Assembly (NCBI GenBank): GCA_965214835.1
Contig: CBDCCK010000002.1
Span: 1-64,000, forward strand
Length of the DNA: 64,000 bases
DNA from: Nitrosopumilaceae archaeon
Lineage (GTDB): Archaea > Thermoproteota > Nitrososphaeria > Nitrososphaerales > Nitrosopumilaceae
Reading direction: 5' to 3'
The first letter of the stretch is position 1. Each line of letters opens with the position of its first letter. The notes under the pieces were generated by a model. The model ran no database searches and was not told where the DNA came from. It worked only from the letters and a program-made list of their open reading frames with translations. Of the stretch, positions 10,679-21,742 are shown in pieces. A program made the position numbers and the translations under genes.

Positions 10679-11167
10679 ATGTCGGCCGTCCCGCAGCAGA
10701 GGCTGGATCTCTTTGCAGAAATGGAGGAAAGATACGAGGCAAGGGACACACCGTATTTTGTCAGGCTGTTGGATCATGAGGACTATGTCGTAAGGACGCG
10801 TGCGACGTGCATACTGGTAGACTTTGGCGGGGAGGACAAGGTCCAGTACATAGCCAAGGTCCTCAGGGACGACCCCAACGAGCTTGTAAGACACGAGGCC
10901 GCGTTCTCCCTGGGACAGATGTGCTACAGCAGCGGAATCGGGCCCCTGGCCGAGGCGACGATAAATGATCCGAGCATGTTTGTAAGACACGAGGCCGCCA
11001 TTGCGCTGGGGGTGGTCGGCTCCGGGGAGGCCAGGGAGGTCCTGGAGAAGGCGCTGGGCGACAGGGACGCACCCGTGGCCGAGTCTGCAGTAGTTGCGCT
11101 GTCCAACATCGAGTTTATGGAAAAGCTGAGCAAAAACGAGCAGTTTGCAAGGCTGACCGGCGGCTAG
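10679..11167 (+). CDS. HEAT-repeat (PBS lyase/DOHH-like) protein
   Basis: Two VRHEAA repeats. Confidence 0.85.
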   Translation: MSAVPQQRLDLFAEMEERYEARDTPYFVRLLDHEDYVVRTRATCILVDFGGEDKVQYIAKVLRDDPNELVRHEAAFSLGQMCYSSGIGPLAEATINDPSMFVRHEAAIALGVVGSGEAREVLEKALGDRDAPVAESAVVALSNIEFMEKLSKNEQFARLTGG

Positions 11168-12093
11168 AGCGCCTCGACTGCAGTCCCGTCCGGGCCTGAC
11201 TCGAACCTGTAGATCCTCTCCACGTTAGAGTCCTCAAAGATCTCCGAGTCGTGCGATATTATGATGAACTGCATCGGACTTGCCGGCTCCGAGGCGCCTG
11301 AAAGGCTTGAGAGAACCCCGACTAGCGCCCTCCTCCTCTCCGCATCCAGGTGAGCCGTCGGCTCGTCTAGTATCATGAGGTTCAGGCTTGACGCGCCCAG
11401 CAGGCTTGCCATGCCCAGCCTCAGGGCAAGCGCGACTGAGACCTGCTCGCCCCCGCTGAGCGACTCCAGATCCAGCGTCTCCGTCTTTGAAAAGCACGCT
11501 ATGGAGACGTCCCTGGACTTTTCTGCAAGCTGGATTCTCTGTATTTTTGTGTCCAGTAGCGCCAGGTACTCTGAGGTCTTTGCAGATATTGCGCCGAGCG
11601 CCCATGATCTCAGGCTGGTGGCGACTGCCCCGTCCCTGCCGAAGATGCTGGCCTGGATCATGTCCAGCTCCCCCACGTACCTCCTGACGACTTTCAGCTC
11701 TGCAATGATACCCTTGGTCTCTTTTATCGACGCCTCTGAGTTTTTTATCTTTTGGGCGATGGCGCCGATCTGCCTGTCGATTCCGGAGATGTCCCGCTGC
11801 CTCTCCTCGGCCGACTCTTTCAGCCTTGTGAACTCCGGCTCGCTGAATCCCCTGACCTCCTCCTCCAGCCTTGCCACAGACTCGTGGATTTCTCTTGCAT
11901 GGGAGTCGATTCGGGAGATGTCGGCCGGGTCTGCAGTCTCAGCTATGGGGAGGGACTCTTTTTCCGCCCTGACCCGGCCTTGGATTTCTGCCAGCTCCTC
12001 CCTCGTGCGAACCGAGTGCGCCCGCAGCGTCGCCTCTGCCTCCCTTGATCTCTGAAGCCTCTGCGAGAACTCTGCCAGCCGGGTACCTCGTCC
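11164..12093 (-). pseudogene. rad50: 5'-truncated Rad50/SMC-family ATPase (C-terminal half only)
   Basis: LSGGE signature, ILDEPT Walker B, ISHD; frame open to an in-frame stop at 12094-12096; no Walker A or Zn hook. Confidence 0.75.
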
Positions 12094-12491
12094 TCATCCT
12101 CTAAGAACAGCCTCGGAGGCGGGCCACATCTTGTGTTCGGTGTCCAGCTGCCGGCTCAGCTGCTCTATCCTCTCTATCTTCTCCTGATCCTTCTCGTACC
12201 TTTTCTCGCACTGTGTATTCTCCTTGCACTGCCTGAGCTCCCTTTTCAGCTGTCGTATTAGCTGGGCCTCGGATTCTGCCATACCGCTACTGCTGGAATG
12301 GATCCCGGATTCAAATCAATCGCCTGAAAATAGTTGCGGATTTGATCGAATATGTTGGACGCCACGACGCCTCATGGTACCGCTTGCCGGCTTGACATGC
12401 ATGATCGGCTTTCAAAGATAATATTTCGATCCGGACGTTTACGCTAAGGTCTGGTGATTTTTTCGATAAGTTAAAAAAAGGTAATACGTAG

Positions 12492-13390
12492 TCATTTGGC
12501 CGAGCGATTTACTAACAGATCCGCCAATATTGGAAACAAATCCTCGTTTCGATGGTTGAATCTGAACTCTACCTCCTTCAAATAAAGGGGAAAGTACCGT
12601 TTTCGAATCCCACGGTACTGGTACATCCAGTGTTTGGCATAGCTCCAGAACCCCTCCATTCCATTGATGTGGATATTTACATCACGTACAAACTCGTCGT
12701 TGCTGTGGGTTACCGTCTTGTGCATTCCCCTGGTGGAGAGAAACGCATATGCAGTATGCTCGTCTGTATAGTATAGCGAACCTGCCTTGGTGTGCTTTTC
12801 GATCAGCGGCCGGAGAGTGGTGCGTTTTCGGTCAGGTACTGGAAACGTCATTACCTGTCCGCTTCTCGCATATATTCCAAATACGATCGTCTTGCCTTCG
12901 GCACCCCAGCCACGCTTTCCTTTACGATGTCCCCCGAACATCGCCTCATCGTACAACATCAGGTCCTATTTATACGGGCAAGCAAACACTTCCTAGATCC
13001 ATAGGCGGTTTAAATAGGACCTGATGTTGTACGCCTCATCAAATTCTATGTCTCCAGACAGCATTTTCATCTCTCCAATTGCGGCCTCGTATATGGCATC
13101 GCGAAACACCATGAACGCATGTTCTATGGACCTAAGACTGACGTTTATGCTAAATCGCAACCTGTATGCCGGAACTCCTACCGAAAACAGATACAGCAAA
13201 AGGATTACCGTGTTGGGTGGAAGCCTGATCCTTGCCAAGTATGTGCCAGTAAACTCGTCGAACCTATACCAGCATCTTTTACACCGGAATCGATCTCCTG
13301 TGCGATAGACCCCCCCCTGCACTCGCATTTGGGACATGTCCTCCTTCCATTCCATCTGGCGTGCCGAAAATAGACCCTACTTTTTGACAT
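12492..13390 (-). pseudogene. IS1595 transposase, disrupted by a MITE and a frameshift
   Basis: CPKC..CKRC Zn ribbon, E-F-D-E, YTDE, HINGMEGFW, YLKEVEFRFN split across ORFs. Confidence 0.88.
12951..13032. mobile_element. MITE family B (82 bp) nested in the IS1595 transposase
   Basis: 22-bp TIR GTACAACATCAGGTCCTATTTA; 8-bp TSD GCCTCATC. Confidence 0.9.
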
Positions 13391-13569
13391 GCTGTTGGCC
13401 AGTTTTATTGGATCTGTGCTAGGCACGACTTGCACGAATGCTGGTCGTATTATCTGTTTTTTGCTCGGCCAAATGACTACGTATTACCTAAAAAAATATC
13501 AAAACGAACTTCTTCAATCAGGAAAATCAAACCGTTATGTCTGTTTGAGGTATATGTCGTAAAAACTGA

Positions 13570-15990
13570 TTAGTTTAGCCGTGAAATCTTTGATATTCCG
13601 TCATTTTTTGATATTTGAAAAACATTGTCGACATAAGTCTCAAGCTCTTTCTCATGGGATACTAGAACAATCTGCTCTGATTTTAACTCGTCAAACAGAT
13701 CCCTGATTTTGCTGAGCTGATTCTTTGAAAATCCGTCAGTCGGCTCGTCTAAAATTAGCAGGCTTGATTTCATGGTTTCCGCCTCTTTTCTCATCAATGA
13801 ATTAAGAGTCAGCCTGTATGCTAGCGCTATGCTTGTTTTCTCTCCTCCTGACAGATAGCCCACTTCCTGCTCAAACCCGTCTTGATTCACAATCGGCGTA
13901 AAATCCTCGTCAATTCTTGATTCTTTGGTCGGGTCTTCAACTAGAATGGAATACCATCCGGTGTATGTCTCGTTGAAATTATGCAAAATTGATAGTAACA
14001 CTTGCTTTTCAATCTGAGAAATTGCTGGAATAAAAAACTCCTCAAGCCACCCCCTGAATTCTGACAGGATTTTGAATTTTTTTTGCCATTTTTTAGATTC
14101 GGATATGTCTTTTTGAATCTCTGTAATTTTTTCCTGTTCACTGTCTTTTCTCTCATTTGAGGCTGCTAGTTGCATCGACATTTTCCTGATATCTTCCCTA
14201 ATTTCATTTTGCTTTGATTCCAGTCCTGAAATTATTTCTTCGACATCCTCGTACGATTTTAGCAGTTTTTCCGTATCGGCCAATTCCGCCTCGTTTTGGA
14301 TGATCTCATTTTTTAATTTTTCCAACTCTGTTTTTCTTTGAGAAACTTTTTGATCTATTTTACTTGATGATTCAAGGGCTTGCTTCCTCTTTTCTGCAGC
14401 ATTTTCAAAATCTACAACCCTGTCTTTGAGGTGCGTTAAAAATCCGATCGGGTCTTCCCCATATTCCTTGCCTTCCGCATGCCTGATTTCTCTTATCTTG
14501 CTGTCAATTTCAGCCAGTCTGGATGTCTTTGAGGCAAGCTCCTCCATTCTGGGTATGATTTGCTGAATTTGATTAATCTCAGTACTGTTGGCCTTCAACT
14601 TGTCTTCAGTCTCCACCTTTTGATTCAAATTAAAAGACCAACGTTCTTCGCTTTTCTTTAACTCCCCATTTAATTCATTTAATTCGCTTTGTTTTTTACC
14701 AACTAGAGCATGATGATGTTCTTCGGAAATTTTTTGCTTGCATACAGGACAGCTATTTCCCAATTTTTCAAACTTTGCAATTTCCCCTTCCAGATTTGAT
14801 TTAAGCGTGCTTTTCTCCACCTTTTGTGATTTGACTTTGTCTATTTTTTCGGTAATTTTTTCAAGACATTCCACGAGTGATTTTTCCTCTTCTTGCAGAT
14901 TATTCAATGCAGACTCGTAGGCGTTTTTGTCCGCATTAATTTTGTCGCCTAGTTCGTCTTTTAGTTTTAGTATGTCTTGGGAGATCGACTTTTTTTCTGA
15001 GCCGTACGCAACCAAATCATCATTTATTTTTTGAAACTTTTTTATTTCTGATGTAATGTCTGTCCTGGTCAACCTTGTTTCTGGTTTTTTAATTTTACCT
15101 AGTTTCTCCACACTCTGATTGTTTTGAACCAGCTCTGATTCGAACTCTTTGATGTCCGATTCGATTCGTAAAGACTGCTTTCTGACAGTATCTCCTTTTA
15201 CTACCAGGCTCTCTTTTTTTGATTTTAGCCGGATTACTTTGTTGTTTTTTTCTTGCAGTTCTTTGATTTTTGTCAAAGTTTCTTTTTCTTCAATCTTTTT
15301 CTTTTTAATTGCGTTGGAAATACCGGCAATACTCGCATCTAGCTCTTTGATTCTTTTGTGAGACTCCAAACTATTCGATTCCAATTCAGAAATATTGCTG
15401 AATCTATCCTGCAGAACTGCCCCCCGAGAGCGTAATTCTGAAAGCACTTCTAAAGAATTTGATTTTGCTGTGCTATAGTCCTCTATTCCAAAGGCCTTGC
15501 GAATGGTTTCAAGGCGTTTACTTGAATCTGAAAGCACCTCTTTCATAGATTCTTGGGGCGTAAAAATGGCGTATCTGAAGATCTTACTCTCTGCCTTTGG
15601 GTCTGCAGGCTCATTAAATCTAAGGATCTTTAAAATCTGCTGCTTTAACTCTGATGGAGATAGTGGCGAAATTTCATCTCCAATTCGAATCCAGGAATTT
15701 TTTGGATCTTGATTGACTCTTGATTTTTTACGCTGCAATGTTCGTTTGATTTCATATTTTTCACCATCTACAGAAAAATCCAATATGACGAAACCTGACT
15801 CTGATTTTTTTGCAAGCAGGCTTTCGGCCTTTTGGGAGCCTAGCCCAAATAATGCAAACTCAATTGCCATCAGAATTGTTGATTTTCCTGAGCCTATGTC
15901 TCCTTCGAACAAAGAAATTCCTCGTGGAAAAATTACCTCCTCATGAGAGTAACTACGAATATTTTCTATGGTGATGCTGTTAAGAATCAT
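13570..15990 (-). CDS. rad50: DNA double-strand break repair ATPase Rad50
   Basis: GDIGSGKST, CPVC hook, LSGGE, LDEPT. Confidence 0.93.
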   Translation of the reverse strand: MILNSITIENIRSYSHEEVIFPRGISLFEGDIGSGKSTILMAIEFALFGLGSQKAESLLAKKSESGFVILDFSVDGEKYEIKRTLQRKKSRVNQDPKNSWIRIGDEISPLSPSELKQQILKILRFNEPADPKAESKIFRYAIFTPQESMKEVLSDSSKRLETIRKAFGIEDYSTAKSNSLEVLSELRSRGAVLQDRFSNISELESNSLESHKRIKELDASIAGISNAIKKKKIEEKETLTKIKELQEKNNKVIRLKSKKESLVVKGDTVRKQSLRIESDIKEFESELVQNNQSVEKLGKIKKPETRLTRTDITSEIKKFQKINDDLVAYGSEKKSISQDILKLKDELGDKINADKNAYESALNNLQEEEKSLVECLEKITEKIDKVKSQKVEKSTLKSNLEGEIAKFEKLGNSCPVCKQKISEEHHHALVGKKQSELNELNGELKKSEERWSFNLNQKVETEDKLKANSTEINQIQQIIPRMEELASKTSRLAEIDSKIREIRHAEGKEYGEDPIGFLTHLKDRVVDFENAAEKRKQALESSSKIDQKVSQRKTELEKLKNEIIQNEAELADTEKLLKSYEDVEEIISGLESKQNEIREDIRKMSMQLAASNERKDSEQEKITEIQKDISESKKWQKKFKILSEFRGWLEEFFIPAISQIEKQVLLSILHNFNETYTGWYSILVEDPTKESRIDEDFTPIVNQDGFEQEVGYLSGGEKTSIALAYRLTLNSLMRKEAETMKSSLLILDEPTDGFSKNQLSKIRDLFDELKSEQIVLVSHEKELETYVDNVFQISKNDGISKISRLN

Positions 15991-17236
15991 TCATGTCAAT
16001 TCCTAAAACCGCAATAGCGCTATTTCGAATTCTTGGAATGTATTCGTTTTTCTTTTCATTTACTAGTTGTCCTTGGCCCAGTTCTTGAAGTAGTTTTTTT
16101 GCCAGATTCACTCCCTGCTTCCCTGATAACTCTTTATTTTCAAGCCTTAATTGCCCTATGTTTTCAGCAAAAACATTTGTCTCTATTTCGTCTTTGTTTG
16201 AGCCCTTTGCACCTGTAATGGGGTATTCTTTTGATCTAAGTTGACTCTTTGAGATATTTACAGCAAGAGAACCGGCATCAGATAATGCGTGTTTGATTGA
16301 CGAAATGTCAATATCTGCAGTCTTACCTGACGTCATCTCTCCTGCAACCTTGATGATTATTATTTTGTCTACAGGATCAATTTTCCTAGTTTTCTCAATT
16401 AGCTCTTGGTTGACTGATTCAGCTTTTCTGTTTTCTGCATTGACTTCAACAATCTCGTATGAGGTGTTTTCTAATTCTACAAATTCTACAGAGTTTACTT
16501 TTTCTTCAAAATCTACAAGGACAAAGCCTCTCTTCTGTCCCCTGGCATTATCTTCAATATCTATATGGTATCCTGCAAACAGGGTTCCTGGATATACCAC
16601 ATGGCTATAATCTGTAAATTCCTGATGATTCCATTTGTGCATGTGTCCTCCTGCATAATACGCAAATCCCTTGGGAAGCAGTGAAAGGGGCATGTGATCC
16701 CCGTCCATGCTCGAATCTCTCTTCATGTCTGAAATTCCTCCATGAAACAGGAATATCTTAAAGCCTGATTCGGTCTCCAAGCTGTTTCTATCTAGCTTCT
16801 CATACCATTCCCTATCTCTGCCAACTTTGAGACCCGACAATCCTGTAATTTTGGCGCCTGTTTTAGAATCTACAACAAAGTCTAGAGATATTGTACCATC
16901 TTCTTTGGATACTGCTCTGGTAACTTTGATGATATACCCAACTTCTTCCAACAAGTCAATTACAGAATTTGACACTGGTGAAAAATCATGGCTTCCATAA
17001 ACCACATACACCGGAATTCCTGCATCATATACTTGACGAAATTTTGAAAAGGCGAACTTTTGGACTCTCATTTCTGGAATGTTTACGTGAAATATGTCTC
17101 CTGGAATCACAATAAAATCAACCTTGCGAGAAATGCACTCATCAAATGCCTTCTCAAATACTTGTTGTTCTATCTTTTGCAAAGATTCCTGCCTTTGAAA
17201 TCCTAAATGAATGTCAGATAAATGTGCAAATTTCAA
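15980..17236 (-). CDS. mre11: Mre11 nuclease
   Basis: SDIHLG, GDIF, GSHD, GHMH, YPG metallophosphoesterase motifs; adjacent to rad50. Confidence 0.93.
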   Translation of the reverse strand: MKFAHLSDIHLGFQRQESLQKIEQQVFEKAFDECISRKVDFIVIPGDIFHVNIPEMRVQKFAFSKFRQVYDAGIPVYVVYGSHDFSPVSNSVIDLLEEVGYIIKVTRAVSKEDGTISLDFVVDSKTGAKITGLSGLKVGRDREWYEKLDRNSLETESGFKIFLFHGGISDMKRDSSMDGDHMPLSLLPKGFAYYAGGHMHKWNHQEFTDYSHVVYPGTLFAGYHIDIEDNARGQKRGFVLVDFEEKVNSVEFVELENTSYEIVEVNAENRKAESVNQELIEKTRKIDPVDKIIIIKVAGEMTSGKTADIDISSIKHALSDAGSLAVNISKSQLRSKEYPITGAKGSNKDEIETNVFAENIGQLRLENKELSGKQGVNLAKKLLQELGQGQLVNEKKNEYIPRIRNSAIAVLGIDMNDS

Positions 17237-17237
17237 A

Positions 17238-18812
17238 CTAAAACACCTTTGTCTTTTCGGGTTTCGCAGAGGCGGATTTTGACTTTACAACCTCCTCAAA
17301 CAACGGAATTTTAATTGGCATTGCAAATGGGACAAAGATACTGGTAATAACCGCTTCTCCCTTATCCAAACTAGCAATGTTTTTGTCGTCTGCAGACAAG
17401 TCTTGGGAAGCCGAAGCAATGATTGCCTCTCTCTCTTGCTTCATCTCGTTTCCCAAAATTATCTTTGTATTCATGTTAGCAAGGATTGTTTTTGGAATGA
17501 CACTGCTTAATTGGGTAATTGCGGTTAGACCCACCTTGAACTTACGCCCTTCCTTGGCGATTGTGGAATAGATGTTGTCGCTTCTCGATTTTAGAACGTC
17601 TTCACCGATAACCCGTGGGGCTTCTTCAATTACTATGGTAGCTACGGGCTTTCTGTCTAGTTCCCCTGTTGCCTTTGCATCCTTGTATCTCTGTAGCAAT
17701 TTTGACGCGATTATATTCCCGACAATTAACTCAGCCTCGTCTCCTAATCGCGAAGTGTCCAAAACAACGACTTTACCTTGTTCCACATCTCTGACAATGC
17801 TGTTGACAGTATTGATTCCCCTGGTCGTACTGTCAAACACCTCATGTCTTGACACAATTACCTGCTCTTCGTCCATTTCTAGACTTAAAATCAGGCGTAA
17901 TTTTCTCTGGACTACCATTAAAGTTACAGGAGAAAACTCTGCACGTCCTTCTGGTTCCATTCCTGCATCAATTGCACCTTTTTTTATTAAATCTGAAATC
18001 CATCCTTTAGAATTTTTTCTGAAAGCCATTCTCATTGCCGAAAATTGCGGATCAGATAAGTTGACAATTCCTTCAAAATTTTCTGGCTTGATTGATTCCA
18101 AATTGATAGTAAGGCGCTCTGCACCGGCCGGTGGATTGGACGGTGTATAATATGCAAGATTATCTCTTGCCTTTGGATGGTCTTTGAGTCCTAGTCCCGT
18201 TCTGCCATAATATTCATCATGTGCGTCTAAAACTAGTGCACCAACTTTGTTTGCATCAAGCAAATGCCAAAGAATGGTTTTTACCAAATTTGATTTTCCA
18301 CGACCTGTAGTTGCAGGAATCAACATGTGATGAGAAAATACATCTTGAACAGGCAACCATACTTCTGCCTCCTTGATTACTTTGCTTCCACTTCTAATGT
18401 GTCCTACAAACACTTGATCGCCTTCTTTTTGCAAAAATTTCAAATCCTCCTTTCCAATCAGTCTTAATTTATTGAAAAACGACGGTAATGATTTTGGAAT
18501 CTTTACCTCTCCTCTTTCTTTGTAGACTCTGGCAAGTGGTTTTATTCGAGCCAAAACATAATTGACAAATTCTGGCTCATAAAATTGAGCATCAACTACA
18601 TGTTCTAAATTAACTCCAGACATCATCTGTTGCATCATGTCTTGAATCTGACTGCCATATTCTAGCGCAGATACCTGCAAGATCAAAAACGAACCGTTTT
18701 CTTCAGAGACCATCAAATCCCCAATCTCTAAATCAGTTCCGGCTTTTTGACGAATTAAAATATCTCCAAAGTTTCCCCCGACCACTTGCCCTACAACATG
18801 TAGCTCATCCAT
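17238..18812 (-). CDS. herA: HerA helicase/translocase
   Basis: N-terminal HAS-like domain, TTGRGKS, IEEA, KEGRKF, ITQ. Confidence 0.92.
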   Translation of the reverse strand: MDELHVVGQVVGGNFGDILIRQKAGTDLEIGDLMVSEENGSFLILQVSALEYGSQIQDMMQQMMSGVNLEHVVDAQFYEPEFVNYVLARIKPLARVYKERGEVKIPKSLPSFFNKLRLIGKEDLKFLQKEGDQVFVGHIRSGSKVIKEAEVWLPVQDVFSHHMLIPATTGRGKSNLVKTILWHLLDANKVGALVLDAHDEYYGRTGLGLKDHPKARDNLAYYTPSNPPAGAERLTINLESIKPENFEGIVNLSDPQFSAMRMAFRKNSKGWISDLIKKGAIDAGMEPEGRAEFSPVTLMVVQRKLRLILSLEMDEEQVIVSRHEVFDSTTRGINTVNSIVRDVEQGKVVVLDTSRLGDEAELIVGNIIASKLLQRYKDAKATGELDRKPVATIVIEEAPRVIGEDVLKSRSDNIYSTIAKEGRKFKVGLTAITQLSSVIPKTILANMNTKIILGNEMKQEREAIIASASQDLSADDKNIASLDKGEAVITSIFVPFAMPIKIPLFEEVVKSKSASAKPEKTKVF

Positions 18813-19909
18813 CAGCTAGTCACTCCATTTAGAACATCATGTGCGCTCACACTTGCGCTGTATTTTTGCAACCTCTTCCATTCTGGCCGTTTTAGAATTT
18901 CTGAGAGAATAAATCTCTTGTACATGCTGAGCTCATCTAGGCGAACTTGCGCAAACCTGTCTGCATCAATTGCTCCATACGGATAACCAACCATGGATAC
19001 GTCTTGCGAATTCTCAGCCAAACTACCAAGCACTGAATTGAGTTCCCCCTCATTCATTTTTTCAAACTGATCACGCAATATCTCAAACCTAAACACAAAT
19101 TTCGATTTTGGATGGAATTTTACAGCCAACATGAATCCTCTGTCATCTGATGACACCTCTTCGGCGATTTTGACGTACCATTTTTCATATGAAACGTTTT
19201 CGGCAATCTCTGCAACTCTTGCTAAAAGTGGATCTCCTGACTCGGTAATCAGTCTGCTTGTCTTTGCTAAACCACAAACAATCACTCCTTTTTTACGTGC
19301 TGACTTGTACAGCCTGCGTGCATACTTTACCTCGTTTTTGAAACTAGCCTGTAATGAACCATCCATAACTAGCATGTCTCCAGACTCTAATTCAGACTCT
19401 ACAACATGAATTGCTAATCGCCACTCTGCAAAACGTCTTCCCAAGGAACTTAGTCTTTCACTTTGTAAAACAGAAGTGTTTTCAACATTTGATAACAAAT
19501 CGGATTCTGCCGGTAAAAATTTTTTATCTTCTGATGTGTGTGAAAATAACCTTGTATCGTAGCTTACTTTTTTTGTACCACCAACCGTCGAAACGTTTAA
19601 TGTCACATAGCTGAAAAACTCAATCCTGGATTTTGCTTTTGGTTTGATTCTCTTTTTTCCTTGAAACATGGAAAAGTAGATTCGATTGATAGTGATTAAA
19701 AAGTTTGGCGATTCTTCTAGCAGACCGTTCCCCCCATCAACAAAGGCAATCTTTCTGAAATCCTTAATTGATTTTATTTCAGAAAATTTAGAGGGTGCAA
19801 TCAAAAAACGTTTTCCTTTTCCGTTATTTAGAACTACATCTAAGTGTTCTTTTTGGGATAGTTGGGTTCCAAGATCTTCAACTAATTTTTTTAATGGATC
19901 ATCGTTCAT
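18812..19909 (-). CDS. nurA: NurA nuclease
   Basis: FVDGG, MDGSL, AKTS, GYPY motifs; operon context. Confidence 0.9.
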   Translation of the reverse strand: MNDDPLKKLVEDLGTQLSQKEHLDVVLNNGKGKRFLIAPSKFSEIKSIKDFRKIAFVDGGNGLLEESPNFLITINRIYFSMFQGKKRIKPKAKSRIEFFSYVTLNVSTVGGTKKVSYDTRLFSHTSEDKKFLPAESDLLSNVENTSVLQSERLSSLGRRFAEWRLAIHVVESELESGDMLVMDGSLQASFKNEVKYARRLYKSARKKGVIVCGLAKTSRLITESGDPLLARVAEIAENVSYEKWYVKIAEEVSSDDRGFMLAVKFHPKSKFVFRFEILRDQFEKMNEGELNSVLGSLAENSQDVSMVGYPYGAIDADRFAQVRLDELSMYKRFILSEILKRPEWKRLQKYSASVSAHDVLNGVTS

Positions 19910-20010
19910 GAAATTTTTCCTCGCTATAAACACTATGATGATTTCCCTGTGTAATAAGCTGACTGTTAGCTGTCTTGTTTTTGACTTGATTCACGGAAAA
20001 AGTCCTGATC

Positions 20011-20122
20011 GTAATAGCTTGAACTCTGGAAGTTTAGGCGTGAGTTTTGCCGCCTTGGAAACCACAATAGGGCATAATCCGTGCCTAAAATCAGGAACAG
20101 ATTCCAGAGCCCGACCTGTTAC
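20011..20122. mobile_element. IS66-derived MITE (family C, ~112 bp)
   Basis: Ends GTAATAGC... and ...GAGCCCGACCTGTTAC match the two termini of IS 6002-7839. Confidence 0.75.
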
Positions 20123-20164
20123 TTGAAAAGGAACACAGGATGCTGAGGCCTGCCGGCCATACAT

Positions 20165-20957
20165 GAAAATCACGGCTGCTTGCGGTTCGTGTCTGATTGC
20201 CGCCCGGGTGTGGGCCGTCCCGCCACGTTCGCTGCCCGCGCATGCTTTTATAGCATCACGCGCTCTGTTTCCTGTTGGAGCAAGCAGATGTCCGCAGGAT
20301 TCTGTATGATTCGGGCATTCGGTACACAGAGACGTCGAGCTTCCCGCAGCCCTGCAGGTATGCCCTGCTTGCAAAAGAGAACAGGATAACCGTGCTTGAC
20401 AGATCCGGGGTCCGCATCAGACATGGCTTCTGGATTGTCTACACGGATGACAATATAATGGTTCTCGGCAAGTACAATCTGGTCGAGCTACAGGCCATGC
20501 ACCAGCTCGGTGACGAGATTGCCGAAGAGTTCTTTCGGATGGACGCGTCTGCAAGGGACGGAATCGTGTACGAGTTGGAGTGCCTTCTCTCCAGTCTGGA
20601 TGTCAGGCACGTGGTAATAATGGAGGAGGAGAAACGGCTTTTGGGCTTTTCATTGTCTGTCTTTTTGCACGAAAAGGCGACGGTCGCCGATTTTTTTGAC
20701 GGCTACTACAGGATCAAGGAGCTCAGAAGGCTTGCGGAGGCGCGGGCGTCCGGCCTCATCCGGGGTCACGCGTGACGTGTCTCATCACCGTCAGAGATTG
20801 CTGACTGCCATTCCCGTACTCGCAAGCTCATTTCCTGCTGCCGATTAAAGTCTTAAGGGATCGTCTGGCATGTCTGTTGTGATGACGGGAGTGGATCTGT
20901 AAGACGCCCCGCGTGAAGATGGTGGCTGACGAGGAGTGAAAGACGTGTGTCCTCCCG
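20165..20957 (+). repeat. Long diverged inverted repeat, copy 1 (partner 25375-26163)
   Basis: Contains the 166-aa gene plus upstream and downstream flanks alignable to the reverse complement of copy 2. Confidence 0.85.
20275..20775 (+). CDS. Hypothetical protein, paralog of 25553-26053
   Basis: Both copies are open 166-aa frames with very similar translations. Confidence 0.7.
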   Translation: MEQADVRRILYDSGIRYTETSSFPQPCRYALLAKENRITVLDRSGVRIRHGFWIVYTDDNIMVLGKYNLVELQAMHQLGDEIAEEFFRMDASARDGIVYELECLLSSLDVRHVVIMEEEKRLLGFSLSVFLHEKATVADFFDGYYRIKELRRLAEARASGLIRGHA

Positions 20958-21176
20958 GATCTGGCGTGGTTTGAGAGATACATGAAGCGCCAGAAGGAGA
21001 TGCCCGCTTGCCTGGGCTGGGTCTGTTCCCATATCATGCAGAACACATGCATAACATCTGATCAGCGCCACTTTCTGCACCCCGGCGAGCTGCACGTCAT
21101 CGAGCATGCAGGCAAGCTTCCGTTTGAATCCGAGGTTATGCTGCAGGCCGGACACCCTAGGCTCCTACCGGTATAG
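20919..21176 (+). pseudogene. Degraded paralog of 55297-55611
   Basis: Shared CITSDxRHxLxPGELH...AGHPRLLPV; in-frame stop near the 5' end. Confidence 0.55.
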
Positions 21177-21192
21177 TGGCGACTGAAAGTCT

Positions 21193-21450
21193 TTGATCAT
21201 CAAAAAGCGTCTTCCTGCATATTTCATGCCCATAGGCGCTCAAAAACTTTCAATCGTCACTATAGAGTCGTTTCACGGAAGCATCAGGAGGGAGTACCTG
21301 TGGCCCCATGAGTTTGGCTCCTTCCAGGACGCCTCAGACGTCATAAAGGAGGCCTTTAGGGAATATAACCATGACAGAATACACTCCTCGCTTGGCTATC
21401 TCACTCCGATGGAGTTCATCGTACGGCACCAAAGGGAGGCAGGCAAATGA
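21193..21450 (+). pseudogene. IS3-like transposase C-terminal fragment
   Basis: IESFHGSIRRE...YNHDRIHSSLGYLTP integrase-core end. Confidence 0.8.
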
Positions 21451-21618
21451 TGCCAGAACTACGCAAAAACGCCCAAAAAGTGGTTCGAAAATACGGGATC
21501 CAGATCAATCTCACTCCGATGGAGTTCATCGTACGGCACCAAAGGGAGGCAGGCAGATGATGCCAGAACTACGCAAAAACGCCCAAAAAGTGGTTCGAAA
21601 ATACGGGATCCAGATCAA
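21398..21618 (+). repeat. 110-bp tandem duplication of the IS3-like right end
   Basis: Two near-identical units ending GGGATCCAGATCA. Confidence 0.9.
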
Positions 21619-21742
21619 CTCAACCTGCACGTTTTTATGAATTTCCGTCCTTTACACGCCTGATCCATGTGGTATCCCAAAGGTTTTCAGGAATTCTTAC
21701 AATTAGACGACAACCCGCTGAAATCATTGTTTCATATGAAAA

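Larger units (their letters stand above)
12480..13488 (-). mobile_element. IS1595-family insertion sequence
   Basis: 26-bp perfect TIR GGTAATACGTAGTCATTTGGCCGAGC; 8-bp TSD TAAAAAAA. Confidence 0.92.
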
